DNA of 64,000 nucleotides from an uncultured Brevundimonas sp. Lineage in GTDB: Bacteria > Pseudomonadota > Alphaproteobacteria > Caulobacterales > Caulobacteraceae. The stretch is from positions 19,764 to 83,763 of the forward strand of contig CAUQZC010000011.1 of the NCBI GenBank assembly GCA_963522565.1, written 5' to 3'. A program made the translations under genes and the position numbers. This document shows, piece after piece, positions 1 to 9,766 of this stretch. The notes under the pieces are model-generated. The model did not search any database. It had not been told where the DNA came from and saw nothing but the letters and a program-made list of their open reading frames with translations. The number at the start of each line of letters is the position of its first letter. Positions within the stretch are counted from its first letter, which is position 1.

Positions 1-98
1 GAATTCGGCGCTGCTCTTGGCCCGCGCGTGCGGCGAAGGCAAGGCGCGCCGGGCATCGTGATTTGCGGGCCGCCCGGGCTTGGGACAAGGATCGCGGC

Positions 99-1391
99 AT
101 GGATGGTCGCCGCTTCCTGAGGGTTACAAGCCTGCTGCCGTTGGCCTTGATGCTGGCGGCGGGGGAGGCGTGGGCGTCGCCGCAGATGACGGCGGACGAG
201 GCGCGGCCCTTGCGCTTCTCCGACATCGTTCAGCCCCCGCCTGACCGCGCACGCACCCGCATGAACGAACGCGTGTTCGACCGGGTCTGGAGCGAGGTGC
301 AGCGCGGCTATTACGACCCCGGTCTGCATGGGGTGGACTGGGATGGGGCCAAGGCGCGGTTCCGGCCCACGGCGGTCGCGGCGACGGATGACCGGACGCT
401 GTACCGGGTGATCAACGACATGCTGGACCTGCTGCATGACAGCCACGCCGCCGCCAGTCCACCGGCTGCTGTCAGGCGCCAGGACGCCATGTTCGAGCGT
501 CGCGCGGTCATGGGTCTGACCCTGATGGCGGGCGCGGATCGCAATGTCTGGACGGTTGAGCGGGTGCGGACGGGATCACCTGCGGAGACGGCCGGGGTCG
601 AGGTCGGCTGGACCCTGAACACTGTCGACGGGCGCCCTTGGGGGCCGGATGTCGAGGTGTTTGACGGACGCCCGGTGCAGCTGGTCTTGACCGATGAGAC
701 GGGCGCGCGGCGCGAAACAATCCTGACGCCGCGCTTGATGGACGGGCCGCAGCCCTTCGTCGCCGACCATTCCCGATCCGGCGTTCTGGTATTGAGGATT
801 GAACAGTTTGATCCGGGGCTGGGCCGCTGGATCGGGCAGGAGTTGGACGGCCTGCCCGCCAACGTGAACGTGGTGCTGGACTTGCGGGCCAATCCGGGCG
901 GGCGCCTGTGGGAGGCGGAATCTGTGCTGACGTGCTTTCTGCCGCGCGGTCAGATCTGGGCGACACGGACAGGACGGCGCGGGCGGGCTGTGGCGTTGAA
1001 GGCGGCGGGCGACTGCGGCGATCACGACGCCCCCGTTGCGAACCCCGTGGCTGTTCTGGTGGACAAGGGCAGCCGAAGCGCCGCCGAACTGACGCCTGCC
1101 GCGCTTCAGGAGGCGGGAAGGGGAATCGTGGTCGGGGAGCAGACGGTGGGTTCTGTCCTGATCGCGCAGGACACCAACCTGCCGGACGGCGGGCGGCTGA
1201 CGCTGAGCCGCTCGGACTATGTGACCGCCGGCGGCGTTCGGCTGGAGAAACGCGGCGTCACGCCCGACATTCTGGCGCCCCGCAGCGTCGCTGAACGCAG
1301 GGCAGGCCAAGACCCGACGCTGGAGGCGGCGATTGCCGCGCTGCAGTCGACGGATCGGGCGCGCGCCGAAGGCCCGACGTCAGGCCTTTAA
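99..1391 (+). CDS. S41 family (C-terminal processing) peptidase with PDZ domain, secreted
   Basis: Signal peptide, PDZ-like GSPAETAG, VLDLRANPGG and SRSAAE motifs; ATG at 99 preferred over TTG at 63. Confidence 0.88.
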   Translation: MDGRRFLRVTSLLPLALMLAAGEAWASPQMTADEARPLRFSDIVQPPPDRARTRMNERVFDRVWSEVQRGYYDPGLHGVDWDGAKARFRPTAVAATDDRTLYRVINDMLDLLHDSHAAASPPAAVRRQDAMFERRAVMGLTLMAGADRNVWTVERVRTGSPAETAGVEVGWTLNTVDGRPWGPDVEVFDGRPVQLVLTDETGARRETILTPRLMDGPQPFVADHSRSGVLVLRIEQFDPGLGRWIGQELDGLPANVNVVLDLRANPGGRLWEAESVLTCFLPRGQIWATRTGRRGRAVALKAAGDCGDHDAPVANPVAVLVDKGSRSAAELTPAALQEAGRGIVVGEQTVGSVLIAQDTNLPDGGRLTLSRSDYVTAGGVRLEKRGVTPDILAPRSVAERRAGQDPTLEAAIAALQSTDRARAEGPTSGL

Positions 1392-1392
1392 A

Positions 1393-1638
1393 TCAGCAGC
1401 ATTTGAACGAGCCGGAACCGCCGAAACGGCGCTGCTCGTGCAGGCGGAAGAAGGCGACCTTGTCCAGCGGGGGTTGGTCTGGATGGTTGACCGACGTGTG
1501 GGCGACATAGGCGTCATAGTCGGGCTGGCCGATCATGGCGCTGGCGGTCTGGCGGATGCCGCGACCCCAGCGCAGAGCCGTGTCGCGGCACAGACACAGC
1601 AGGTCTTCCTGCGCCGGGATTTGTACGGGATCAGGCAC
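1393..1638 (-). CDS. YbdD/YjiX family small protein (CstA-associated)
   Basis: MIGQPDYDAYVAH...HP...FF...RF...CC pattern; overlaps the 3' end of cstA. Confidence 0.88.
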   Translation of the reverse strand: MPDPVQIPAQEDLLCLCRDTALRWGRGIRQTASAMIGQPDYDAYVAHTSVNHPDQPPLDKVAFFRLHEQRRFGGSGSFKCC

Positions 1639-3718
1639 GGGCGATGTCCGCCGCCTCGTCTGCCGGGGTCAGGTCATGAGCCTCGGGATACTCACGCGCG
1701 GTGGGCCGGTTGTTGCGATAGGCCTTGCGGCACGCCAGAACCCCATAGACGACCATGGTGATGACCACGAACAGGAAGCCGGCGGTCAGGGTGGAGTTGA
1801 CGTAGTCGTTGACGACGATGCGGTGCATATCCACAGCCGACTTGGCCGGGGCGATCAGTTCGCCGGCGCCCAGGGCCTCCTGATACTTCCTGGCGTGGGC
1901 CAGGAAGCCGATGCGGACATCCGGGTGGAACAGCTTCTGGAAGCCGGCCGTCAGGGTGCAGATCAGGAGCCACGTGGCGGGCAGGATCATGACCCAGGCG
2001 AACTTCTCGCGCTTCATCTTGAACAGGACGACCGTGCCCAGGATCAAGGCGACGGCGGCCAGCATCTGGTTGGCGATGCCGAAAAGGGGCCACAGGCTGT
2101 TGATGCCGCCCAGCGGATCGACCACGCCGGTGTAGAGGAAGTAGCCCCACAGGCCGACGGTCAGGGCGGTGGCCACGACATTGGCGCCCCACGACTTGGT
2201 CTCGCGCATCTTGGGCACGGCGACGCCCAGCAGGTCCTGGATCATGAAGCGGCAGACGCGCGTGCCGGCGTCGACCGTCGTCAGGATGAACAGGGCCTCG
2301 AACAGGATGGCGAAGTGATACCAGAAGCCCATCATCGCCTTGCCGCCGATGACGTTGGACAGGATGTGGGCCATGCCGACGGCCAGCGTCGGGGCGCCGC
2401 CCGCGCGCGACAGGATCGAATGCTCGCCGACGTCTCGGGCCAACTGCTCAAGCTCTCCCGGCGTGATGTGGAAGCCCCACTGGGCGACGGCGGCGGCGGC
2501 GGACACCGCGTCTGTGCCGATGATCGAGGCCGGGCTGTTCATGGCGAAATAGACCGCCGGGTCCAGAACCGTGGCGGCGATCAGGGCCATGACCGCGACG
2601 AAGCTTTCACAAAGCATTGCGCCATACCCGATCAGCGGGATCTGGGCTTCGTTCTCCAGCAGCTTGGGCGTGGTGCCCGAGGAGATCAGGGCGTGGAAGC
2701 CCGACACCGCTCCACAAGCAATGGTGATGAACAGGAAGGGGAACAGGGCGCCGGCGAACACGGGACCGGTGCCGTCGATGAAGGGGGTGATGGCCGGCAT
2801 CTGCAGATGCGGACGCACGATCAGAATGCCGATGGCCAGGGCCACGATGGCGCCGATCTTCAGGAAGGTCGACAGATAGTCGCGGGGCGCCAGGAGCAGC
2901 CAGACCGGAATGACCGAGGCGACGAAGCCATAGACCATCATCAGGATGGCCAGGGTCGGCCCGGTCAGGGTGAAGGCCGGACCCCAGTAGGGATCGGCCG
3001 CGACATGGCCGCCGCCGATGATGGCCAGGATCAGCAGGACGACGCCGATGACCGACACCTCGCCCACGCGGCCGGGTCGCAGGAAGCGGGTGTACAGGCC
3101 CATGAAGATGGCGATGGGGATGGTGGCGGCGACGGTGAAGGTTCCCCACGGGCTTTCGGCCAGGGCCTTGACGACGACAAGGGCCAGGACGGCCAGGATG
3201 ATGACCATGATCATCAGCACGCCGACCTGGGCGATGATGCCGGGGATGTTGCCCATCTCGGTGCGGATCATGTCGCCCAGCGACTTGCCGTCGCGACGGG
3301 TGGACATGAACAGGACCATCATGTCCTGCACCGCCCCCGCCAGCACCGCGCCGACCAGGATCCACAGCACGCCGGGCAGATAGCCCATCTGCGCGGCCAG
3401 CACCGGCCCGACCAGCGGTCCGGCCCCTGCAATGGCGGCGAAGTGGTGGCCGAACAGGACGTTCCTGGGCGTGGGCACATAGTCCAGCCCGTCGTTGCGC
3501 CGCACGGCCGGCGTCAGGCGCGCGGGGTTCAGCTGCATGACCTTGTTGGCCAGGTAGCGGCTATAGAACCGATAGGCGATGGCGTAGGTGCAGACGGCCG
3601 CGACCACCATCCAGACGGCGCTGATGCTCTCGCCCTGATGTAACGCGATAATGCCCAGAGACACCGCGCCCAGTACGGCGATGGCCCCGAAGATGAGGGG
3701 TGTTTTCAACTTGCCCAC
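1631..3718 (-). CDS. cstA: Carbon starvation protein A family transporter (peptide/pyruvate:H+ symporter)
   Basis: 695 aa polytopic protein; DGLDYVPT, FGHHFAAIAGAGPLVGP, IACGAVSGFHAL motifs; GGAGG RBS. Confidence 0.96.
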   Translation of the reverse strand: MGKLKTPLIFGAIAVLGAVSLGIIALHQGESISAVWMVVAAVCTYAIAYRFYSRYLANKVMQLNPARLTPAVRRNDGLDYVPTPRNVLFGHHFAAIAGAGPLVGPVLAAQMGYLPGVLWILVGAVLAGAVQDMMVLFMSTRRDGKSLGDMIRTEMGNIPGIIAQVGVLMIMVIILAVLALVVVKALAESPWGTFTVAATIPIAIFMGLYTRFLRPGRVGEVSVIGVVLLILAIIGGGHVAADPYWGPAFTLTGPTLAILMMVYGFVASVIPVWLLLAPRDYLSTFLKIGAIVALAIGILIVRPHLQMPAITPFIDGTGPVFAGALFPFLFITIACGAVSGFHALISSGTTPKLLENEAQIPLIGYGAMLCESFVAVMALIAATVLDPAVYFAMNSPASIIGTDAVSAAAAVAQWGFHITPGELEQLARDVGEHSILSRAGGAPTLAVGMAHILSNVIGGKAMMGFWYHFAILFEALFILTTVDAGTRVCRFMIQDLLGVAVPKMRETKSWGANVVATALTVGLWGYFLYTGVVDPLGGINSLWPLFGIANQMLAAVALILGTVVLFKMKREKFAWVMILPATWLLICTLTAGFQKLFHPDVRIGFLAHARKYQEALGAGELIAPAKSAVDMHRIVVNDYVNSTLTAGFLFVVITMVVYGVLACRKAYRNNRPTAREYPEAHDLTPADEAADIARA

Positions 3719-3789
3719 GTCAGTTCCTCCCGGCCGTCTGGCTGGCGGCTCTGACTGACTGTGTGAACCATAAGCGGTCGCAAGGCCAA

Positions 3790-3803
3790 TCGACTAAAGT
3801 CGA
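3790..3803. promoter_or_regulatory. Palindromic operator candidate upstream of cstA
   Basis: TCGACT-AA-AGTCGA (GAC-N4-GTC), with a related GAC-TAG-GTC at 3837-3845. Confidence 0.45.
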
Positions 3804-3848
3804 AAAACCGCACAGAATCGCCCTTCGATGCTCATAGACTAGGTCGAA

Positions 3849-4044
3849 TAGGGCCAATCGACATTCAATCTCGAACCGTCATTCCGGGGCGTCCAAAGGA
3901 CGAACCCGGAAGCCAGAAGGCTTGCATCCGGCGTCGAACGCCTTCAGCCAAGTGGTTGCAACCCTGGGTTCCGGGTTCTTCGCTCCGCTCAGCCCCGGAA
4001 TGACGAATTAGGAAGTCGGTGTGCTGAATGTCGATTGGGCCTAG
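3849..4044. mobile_element. ~195-bp nested MITE/REP element (family A), copy 1, at purT stop
   Basis: 19-bp terminal IR TAGGGCCAATCGACATTCA...TGAATGTCGATTGGGCCTA (18/19); internal 14-bp IR CGTCATTCCGGGGC...GCCCCGGAATGACG; TAG at both ends. Confidence 0.85.
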
Positions 4045-5237
4045 CCCCTGACCACCTTCACGCGGCCCGCTGCTTCCCGCGCACGTTCGCGGGCCTGGTC
4101 GGTGTCGGCGCCGCGGGCGGTGGCGACACCCATGCGGCGGCGCTCGAAGGCTTCGGGCTTGCCGAACAGGCGCAGGTCGGCGGTGGGGACCGACAGGGCC
4201 TCGGCGACGCCGTCGAAGGCCACGCCCTGCGCCTCCATGCCGCCGTAGATGACGGCGCTGGCGGCCGGTTCGCGCTGGGTCACGTCGACCGGAAGGCCAA
4301 GGATGGCGCGGGCGTGCAGGGCGAATTCGCTCAGGGTCTGGCTGGCCAGGGTGACCAGGCCGGTGTCGTGCGGACGGGGCGAGACCTCGGAGAACCAGAC
4401 CTGGTCGCCCTTGACGAACAGTTCGACGCCGAAGACGCCGTAACCGCCCAGGGCCGCCGTGACCTTGCCGGCGATGTCCTGCGCGGCGGCCAGGGCGGCG
4501 GGGCTCATGGCCTGGGGCTGCCAGCTCTCGACATAGTCGCCCTTGACCTGACGGTGGCCGATGGGGGCGCAGAAGGACGTCGCGGTCTCGCCGTCGGCGC
4601 CGCGCGAGCGGACGGTCAGAAGCGTGATCTCGTAGTCGAAGTCGATCCGGCCCTCGACGATGACGCGGGCGCCCGCGACCCGGCCGCTGTCCTGAGCATA
4701 GGTCCAGGCGTCGGCGATCTGATCGGCGCCTTCGACGAAGGATTGCCCCTTGCCGGACGACGACATGACCGGCTTGACGAAGCAGGGATAGCCGACGGCT
4801 TCGGCCCCCGCCGCCAATTCTTCGGCCGAGCCGGCGAAGGCGTAGGGACTGGTGGGCAGGCCCAGGTCCTCGGCCGCCAGTTTGCGGATGCCCTCGCGGT
4901 TCATGGTCAGTTGCACGGCGCGGGCGGTGGGGACCACGCGCGCCAGGCCCGCCGCCTCGATGTCGGCCAGAACCTCGGTGGCGATGGCCTCGATCTCGGG
5001 CACGATGATGTGCGGCGCCTCGGCCAGGATGACGCCGTTCAGCACCTGGGCGTCGGTCATGGGGATGACGTGGCTGCGGTGCGCGACCTGCATGGCCGGG
5101 GCGTTCGGATAGCGGTCCACGGCGATCACCTCGCAGCCCAGCCGCTGAAGCTCGATCGCGACCTCCTTGCCCAGTTCGCCCGCGCCCAGCAGCATGACGC
5201 GGACGGCGGTGTCGGAAAGCGGGGTGCCGAGTTTCAT
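4041..5237 (-). CDS. purT: Formate-dependent phosphoribosylglycinamide formyltransferase
   Basis: [38 protein letters not shown] motifs. Confidence 0.97.
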   Translation of the reverse strand: MKLGTPLSDTAVRVMLLGAGELGKEVAIELQRLGCEVIAVDRYPNAPAMQVAHRSHVIPMTDAQVLNGVILAEAPHIIVPEIEAIATEVLADIEAAGLARVVPTARAVQLTMNREGIRKLAAEDLGLPTSPYAFAGSAEELAAGAEAVGYPCFVKPVMSSSGKGQSFVEGADQIADAWTYAQDSGRVAGARVIVEGRIDFDYEITLLTVRSRGADGETATSFCAPIGHRQVKGDYVESWQPQAMSPAALAAAQDIAGKVTAALGGYGVFGVELFVKGDQVWFSEVSPRPHDTGLVTLASQTLSEFALHARAILGLPVDVTQREPAASAVIYGGMEAQGVAFDGVAEALSVPTADLRLFGKPEAFERRRMGVATARGADTDQARERAREAAGRVKVVRG

Positions 5238-5251
5238 CGAAGGCTCCTGAA

Positions 5252-5275
5252 ATCCTCCCCCGCAAGGAGGAGGAT
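5252..5275. repeat. Short REP-like hairpin between tkt and purT
   Basis: ATCCTCCCCC-GCAA-GGAGGAGGAT; resembles the hairpin at 58546-58569. Confidence 0.5.
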
Positions 5276-5282
5276 ATGGGTT

Positions 5283-7274
5283 TTACAGCCGCGCCTTGAC
5301 CGCCGCGACGACAGCGTCGGCGGTGATGCCGAACTTTTCGTAGAGGATTTCGGCCGGGGCCGAGGCGCCGAAGCCGGTCATGCCGATGAAGGCGCCGTCC
5401 TCGCCGATGAAGCGTTCCCAGCCCTGTTTGATGGCGGCCTCGACGGCGACGCGCACCGTGCCGCGCCCGATGACGGCGGCCTGATAGGCGGCGTCCTGCT
5501 GTTCGAACAGTTCGAAGCTGGGGACGGAGACGACGCGGGTGGGCGTGCCTTCGGCCTCCAGAACCTTGGCGGCGTCCAGCGCCAGGGCCAGTTCCGTGCC
5601 GGTGCCGAACAGCGTGACCTTGGCCTCGCCGTCTGCGGCCTTGATCTCATAGGCCCCCTTGGCCGACAGGTTCTCGGTCGACGGGGTGGTGCGGACCGCC
5701 GGGGTCTTCTGGCGCGACAGGGCCAGGGCCGAAGGTGCGGTCCTGGTCTGAAGCGCGACCTGCCAGCACTCCATCGCCTCGACCGTGTCGGCGGGGCGGA
5801 AGACCAGCAGATTGGGGATGGCGCGCAGGGCGGCCAGATGTTCGACCGGCTGGTGCGTCGGGCCGTCCTCGCCCAGGCCGATGGAGTCGTGGGTCAGGAC
5901 GTGGATGGCGCGCACGCCCATCAGGGCGCCCAGACGGATCGCCGGGCGGCTGTAGTCCGAAAACACCATGAAGGTGCCGCCGTAGGGGATGACCCCGCCG
6001 TGCAAAGCGAGGCCGTTCATGGCCGCCGCCATGCCGAACTCGCGGATGCCCCAGTTGACGTAGCGGCCTTCATAGGTCGGGGCGTCCAGGATCGGCGTGC
6101 CCTTGACGAAGGTGTTGTTCGAGCCGGTCAGGTCGGCCGAGCCGCCGACCAGTTCGGGGATGGCGGCGAACAGTTCGTCCAGCGCGGCGCCCGACGACTG
6201 GCGCGTGGCCTGGGCCGGTTGCGTCTCGACCAGTTCGGCGATCTTGGCGTTCAGGGCGTCGAAGGCGGCCTCGGGCAGGTCGCCCTTCATGGCGCGGGTG
6301 AAGTCTGCGGCCTGGGCCGAGGCGGCGAGGCGGGCCTCCCACTTCTTGCGGTCCTTCGATCCACGACGGCCGACCTTATGCCAGGCCGACAGGATGGTCT
6401 CGGGCATTTCGAACGGGTCGTGATCCCAGGCCAGGCCCAGGCGGGTGGCGGCGATCTCGGCGGCGCCCAGGGCCGCGCCGTGGGTCTTGTGGCTGCCCTC
6501 CATGGTGGCGGCGCCCTTGCCGATCTTGGTCTTGCAGGCCAGCAGGACGGGCTTGTCCTGGCGGATCGCCCACTGCATCGCCGACTTGATCGCCTTCATG
6601 TCGTGGCCGTCGACGGCCTTGACCGCCCAGCCGGCGGCCTTGAAGCGGGCCTTCTGGTCCACGGCGTCGGACAGGGAGACCTTGCCGTCGATGGTGATCT
6701 CGTTGTCGTCCCACAGGACCGTCAGCTTGTTCAGCCTGTAGCGGCCGGCCAGGGCGATGGCTTCCTGCGACACGCCCTCCATCAGGCAGCCGTCGCCGGC
6801 GATGACCCAGGTGCGGTGATCGACCAGATCGTCGCCGTATTTCGCCGCCAGATGCCGCTCGGCCATGGCGAAGCCCACCGAAGTGGCCAGACCCTGGCCC
6901 AGCGGGCCGGTGGTGACCTCGACGCCGGGCATATGGCCGTACTCGGGGTGGCCGGCGGTCTTGGAGCCCCACTGGCGGAAGTTGGACAGCTCCTGCTTGG
7001 TCGCGGCCTTGTAGCCGGTCAGGTGCAGCAGGGCGTAGATCAGCATCGAGCCGTGACCGGCCGACAGGATGAAGCGGTCGCGGTCGGCCCAGTCGGGGCG
7101 CGAGGCGTCGAACTTCAGGAATTTGGAGAACAACACCGTCGCCACGTCGGCCATGCCCATCGGCATGCCGGGGTGGCCGGACTTGGCCTTTTCGACGCCG
7201 TCCATGGCGAGGACGCGGATGGCGTTGGCCATCTGCTCGGGAGTGGCCTTGGGTGCGGATTTGGCGTCGGTCAC
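5283..7274 (-). CDS. tkt: Transketolase
   Basis: SGHPGMPMG, TTGPLGQG, GDGCLMEG, GEDGPTHQP motifs. Confidence 0.98.
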   Translation of the reverse strand: MTDAKSAPKATPEQMANAIRVLAMDGVEKAKSGHPGMPMGMADVATVLFSKFLKFDASRPDWADRDRFILSAGHGSMLIYALLHLTGYKAATKQELSNFRQWGSKTAGHPEYGHMPGVEVTTGPLGQGLATSVGFAMAERHLAAKYGDDLVDHRTWVIAGDGCLMEGVSQEAIALAGRYRLNKLTVLWDDNEITIDGKVSLSDAVDQKARFKAAGWAVKAVDGHDMKAIKSAMQWAIRQDKPVLLACKTKIGKGAATMEGSHKTHGAALGAAEIAATRLGLAWDHDPFEMPETILSAWHKVGRRGSKDRKKWEARLAASAQAADFTRAMKGDLPEAAFDALNAKIAELVETQPAQATRQSSGAALDELFAAIPELVGGSADLTGSNNTFVKGTPILDAPTYEGRYVNWGIREFGMAAAMNGLALHGGVIPYGGTFMVFSDYSRPAIRLGALMGVRAIHVLTHDSIGLGEDGPTHQPVEHLAALRAIPNLLVFRPADTVEAMECWQVALQTRTAPSALALSRQKTPAVRTTPSTENLSAKGAYEIKAADGEAKVTLFGTGTELALALDAAKVLEAEGTPTRVVSVPSFELFEQQDAAYQAAVIGRGTVRVAVEAAIKQGWERFIGEDGAFIGMTGFGASAPAEILYEKFGITADAVVAAVKARL

Positions 7275-7370
7275 GGCGGAGACCTTTCGGGCGATGCGGA
7301 ATTTAAGAGGCGGCGCCGCTTTACCCCGGCGCGTCCTCGGGTTCTATACGCAATTTGTAAGGAGCGACCG

Positions 7371-7625
7371 ATGGCAGACGCCACAACGGCCGCACGGGCC
7401 CGTATAGATCGGGCTCTGGCCGACCTTGAACGCAAGATTATGGAGTTGAAGGCCCGACCGGCCTCGGCGCCGCCCGTCAGCGACGACGACCTGTTCGCGC
7501 CCCGCCCGGACGCTGCGCGTGTCGCTGCGCTTGAGGCTGCGGGCCGCGAGGCGTCCGAAGCCCTGGGACGCGCCGCCGACGCCGTGCGTGAAGTTCTGGC
7601 CGAAACCGAGAGCGAGGACGACTGA
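7371..7625 (+). CDS. zauP: Coiled-coil cell-division protein ZauP-like (DUF4164)
   Basis: 84 aa helical ORF (MADATTAARARIDRALADLE...), AAGGAG RBS, TGATG overlap with zapA; not listed separately in the ORF track. Confidence 0.72.
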   Translation: MADATTAARARIDRALADLERKIMELKARPASAPPVSDDDLFAPRPDAARVAALEAAGREASEALGRAADAVREVLAETESEDD

Positions 7626-7945
7626 TGGCGACCGTGACGGTGGACGTGAACGGCCGCCCCTATGCCGTGGGGTGCGCCGACGGGCAGGAAGAGCGGGTCC
7701 GCATCCTGGCCAAACAGTTCGACAATCAGGTGCGTCAGGTGGCCCAGGACGTGGGCCATGTCGGCGATCTGCGCCTGTTTCTGATGTCGGCGCTGATCCT
7801 GGCGGACGAACTGCATGAGGCGCGCCTGAACAGCGGCAAGCCGGGCCTTGTCTCGCCCGCCCAACCTGCGCCCTCGACCGACGGCGTGGCCGAAGCCCTG
7901 AACGCCGTCGCCGCGCGGATCGAGAAGATCGTTCAGGGAATCTGA
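7625..7945 (+). CDS. zapA: Cell division protein ZapA
   Basis: VTVDVNGRPYAVGCADGQEER...LFLMSALILADEL. Confidence 0.93.
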   Translation: MATVTVDVNGRPYAVGCADGQEERVRILAKQFDNQVRQVAQDVGHVGDLRLFLMSALILADELHEARLNSGKPGLVSPAQPAPSTDGVAEALNAVAARIEKIVQGI

Positions 7946-8031
7946 CCCCCTGCTGATCCCGGATTGGGCGCAAGCGTGAAACTTGTCATGACGGCGCTGG
8001 CGAAAACCGTCGCGACGCCCTATCTTGCGCA

Positions 8032-8198
8032 GCGGCGGGTCATGCTGCGGCTCACGTCGAAGACAACATATCCTTCTGACCTTAATTCACTCTACGGGAT
8101 CTGTCCCTGTCCGGGCTTGAGGGCCTGGGCATATGGAGCCCACCTGGCTACCCAGGTCGAGAGGATTTAAACGTTCCTCACGGTTCGCGCGGCGCCGC
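8032..8198 (+). ncRNA. ssrS: 6S RNA
   Basis: Canonical position between zapA and 5-formyl-THF cyclo-ligase; ~165 nt; 5' GCGGCG pairs with 3' CGCCGC; A/T-rich central bubble; TATCTT -10 at 8021; ends approximate. Confidence 0.85.
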
Positions 8199-8210
8199 CA
8201 CCTTCTTCTG

Positions 8211-8334
8211 TTTTAGTGCGCTAAATGCTCGCGACGCGGTCGCTCGCGGTCTGAGCGCGGCGCGCCATGCGCGCGTTCTTTTAGCGCGATGAGGCTCGCG
8301 ACACCGTCGCGCGTTGCTTGAGCGTGGCGCGTCA
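8211..8334. repeat. Two degenerate ~56-bp REP-like units (68-bp period)
   Basis: TTTTAG(T/C)GCG..GCTCGCGAC..GTCGC..TGAGCG(C/T)GGCGCG at 8211 and 8279. Confidence 0.65.
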
Positions 8335-8385
8335 GGACGTGCGCGGCTGCTCGTCGGGATGGCGTCGGGAGTGTAAGACGCGGGC

Positions 8386-8934
8386 ATGAGCCTGGATAGA
8401 CGCGAACTCCGATCCGAGATGCGGGCGCTGCGCAAGCGGTTGGCGCAAGCTAATCCGTCCGCCGCCGGGCGCGCCGCCGATCATGCGGGCCAGTTGCCGG
8501 AGACGGCGTTCGTCGCCCTGTACCGCGCGATGGGATCGGAGCTGGACACCGACGCCCTGGCCGTGGCGCTGGAAGCGGCAGGGCGCCGCCTGTGCCTGCC
8601 GGTGGTGCTTGAGCGGGATGCGGCGATGATCTTTCGCGCCTGGTCGCCGGGCGAGCCGCTGGAGCTGGACGCCGCCGGATGCCCCGCGCCTCTGCCGTTG
8701 GCCGAGACGGTCGATCCCGATCTGATCCTGACGCCGCTCCTGGCGTTTGATCATTTCGGCGGGCGGCTGGGGCAGGGCGGCGGCTATTATGACCGCACCT
8801 TCGCCGCGCGCCCGGACGCGATCCGCGTCGGATACGCCTATGCCGGGCAGGCGGTGGAACGGCTGGCGCTGGAAGATCATGACATCCGACTGCATGGCGT
8901 TCTGACCGAGACCGGCTATACGGCGTTCCCATGA
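8386..8934 (+). CDS. ygfA: 5-formyltetrahydrofolate cyclo-ligase
   Basis: PLLAFD..GGRLGQGGGYYDRT motif; follows 6S RNA. Confidence 0.95.
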   Translation: MSLDRRELRSEMRALRKRLAQANPSAAGRAADHAGQLPETAFVALYRAMGSELDTDALAVALEAAGRRLCLPVVLERDAAMIFRAWSPGEPLELDAAGCPAPLPLAETVDPDLILTPLLAFDHFGGRLGQGGGYYDRTFAARPDAIRVGYAYAGQAVERLALEDHDIRLHGVLTETGYTAFP

Positions 8935-8944
8935 GAGATTTTGC

Positions 8945-9766
8945 ATGAGACTGGCGTTTTTCGGCGATGTCATCGGCAAGTCCGGCCGTGACGGCGTCAG
9001 CGACTATCTTCCGGGCCTGAAACGCGACCTGAAGCTCGACTTCGTCGTGGTGAACGCCGAAAACGCGGCAGGCGGTTTCGGCATCACCGAGAACACGGCG
9101 CGCGAGCTGTTCATGGCGGGCGCAGACTGTCTGACGCTGGGCAACCATTCGTGGGACCAGCGCGAGGCCCTGACCTATATCGTGCGCGAACCGCGCCTGA
9201 TCCGCCCGGCCAACTATCCACGCCTGATGGACGCGCCGGGCGCGGGCGCCAATCTGTTCGAAACCCATTCGGGGCGCACAGTCCTGGTCATGAACGTGCT
9301 GGGCCGCGTGCATATGGACCCGATGGATGATCCATTCGGCGCGGTCGAGCGTGAGCTGGCCGCCGCTCCGCTGGGCGCCGTCGCCGACGCCGTGATTGTC
9401 GACGTCCACGCCGAGGCGACCTCGGAGAAGATGGCGATGGGCCATTTCTGCGACGGACGCGCGTCTCTGGTGGTAGGCACCCACACCCACGTCCCGACCG
9501 CCGACTGCCAGATTCTGCCCGGCGGCACCGCCTATCAGACCGATGCAGGCGGCTGCTGCGACTATGACAGCGTCATCGGCAACGAGAAGGACGAGCCGCT
9601 GCGCCGCTTCACCACCCGCATCTCGGGCGGACGCTACACCCCGGCGTCCGGCCCCGCGACCATCTGCGGCGTCTTCGTCGAGACGGACGATCGGACGGGC
9701 CTGGCCACGCGGGTGGAGCCGATCCGCGTCGGCGGGCGCCTATCTCAGGCTGTTCCTGTCGTGTGA
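8945..9766 (+). CDS. ymdB: YmdB/TIGR00282 family metallophosphoesterase
   Basis: GDVIG, NAENAAGG, TLGNH, DVHAEATSEK, GTHTHVPTAD. Confidence 0.93.
   Translation: MRLAFFGDVIGKSGRDGVSDYLPGLKRDLKLDFVVVNAENAAGGFGITENTARELFMAGADCLTLGNHSWDQREALTYIVREPRLIRPANYPRLMDAPGAGANLFETHSGRTVLVMNVLGRVHMDPMDDPFGAVERELAAAPLGAVADAVIVDVHAEATSEKMAMGHFCDGRASLVVGTHTHVPTADCQILPGGTAYQTDAGGCCDYDSVIGNEKDEPLRRFTTRISGGRYTPASGPATICGVFVETDDRTGLATRVEPIRVGGRLSQAVPVV

Noticed and set aside
1393..1401. Selenocysteine read-through at the ybdD/yjiX TGA
   Set aside because: The protein already ends in Cys-Cys (TGC TGC), the family's normal terminus; no evidence for recoding.
4035..7370. Very long antisense ORFs (e.g. 4035-7625, 11033-14572, 39268-41856, 58901-63160)
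   Set aside because: Shadow ORFs opposite well-supported high-GC genes; only the last 84 codons of 4035-7625 (zauP) look real.
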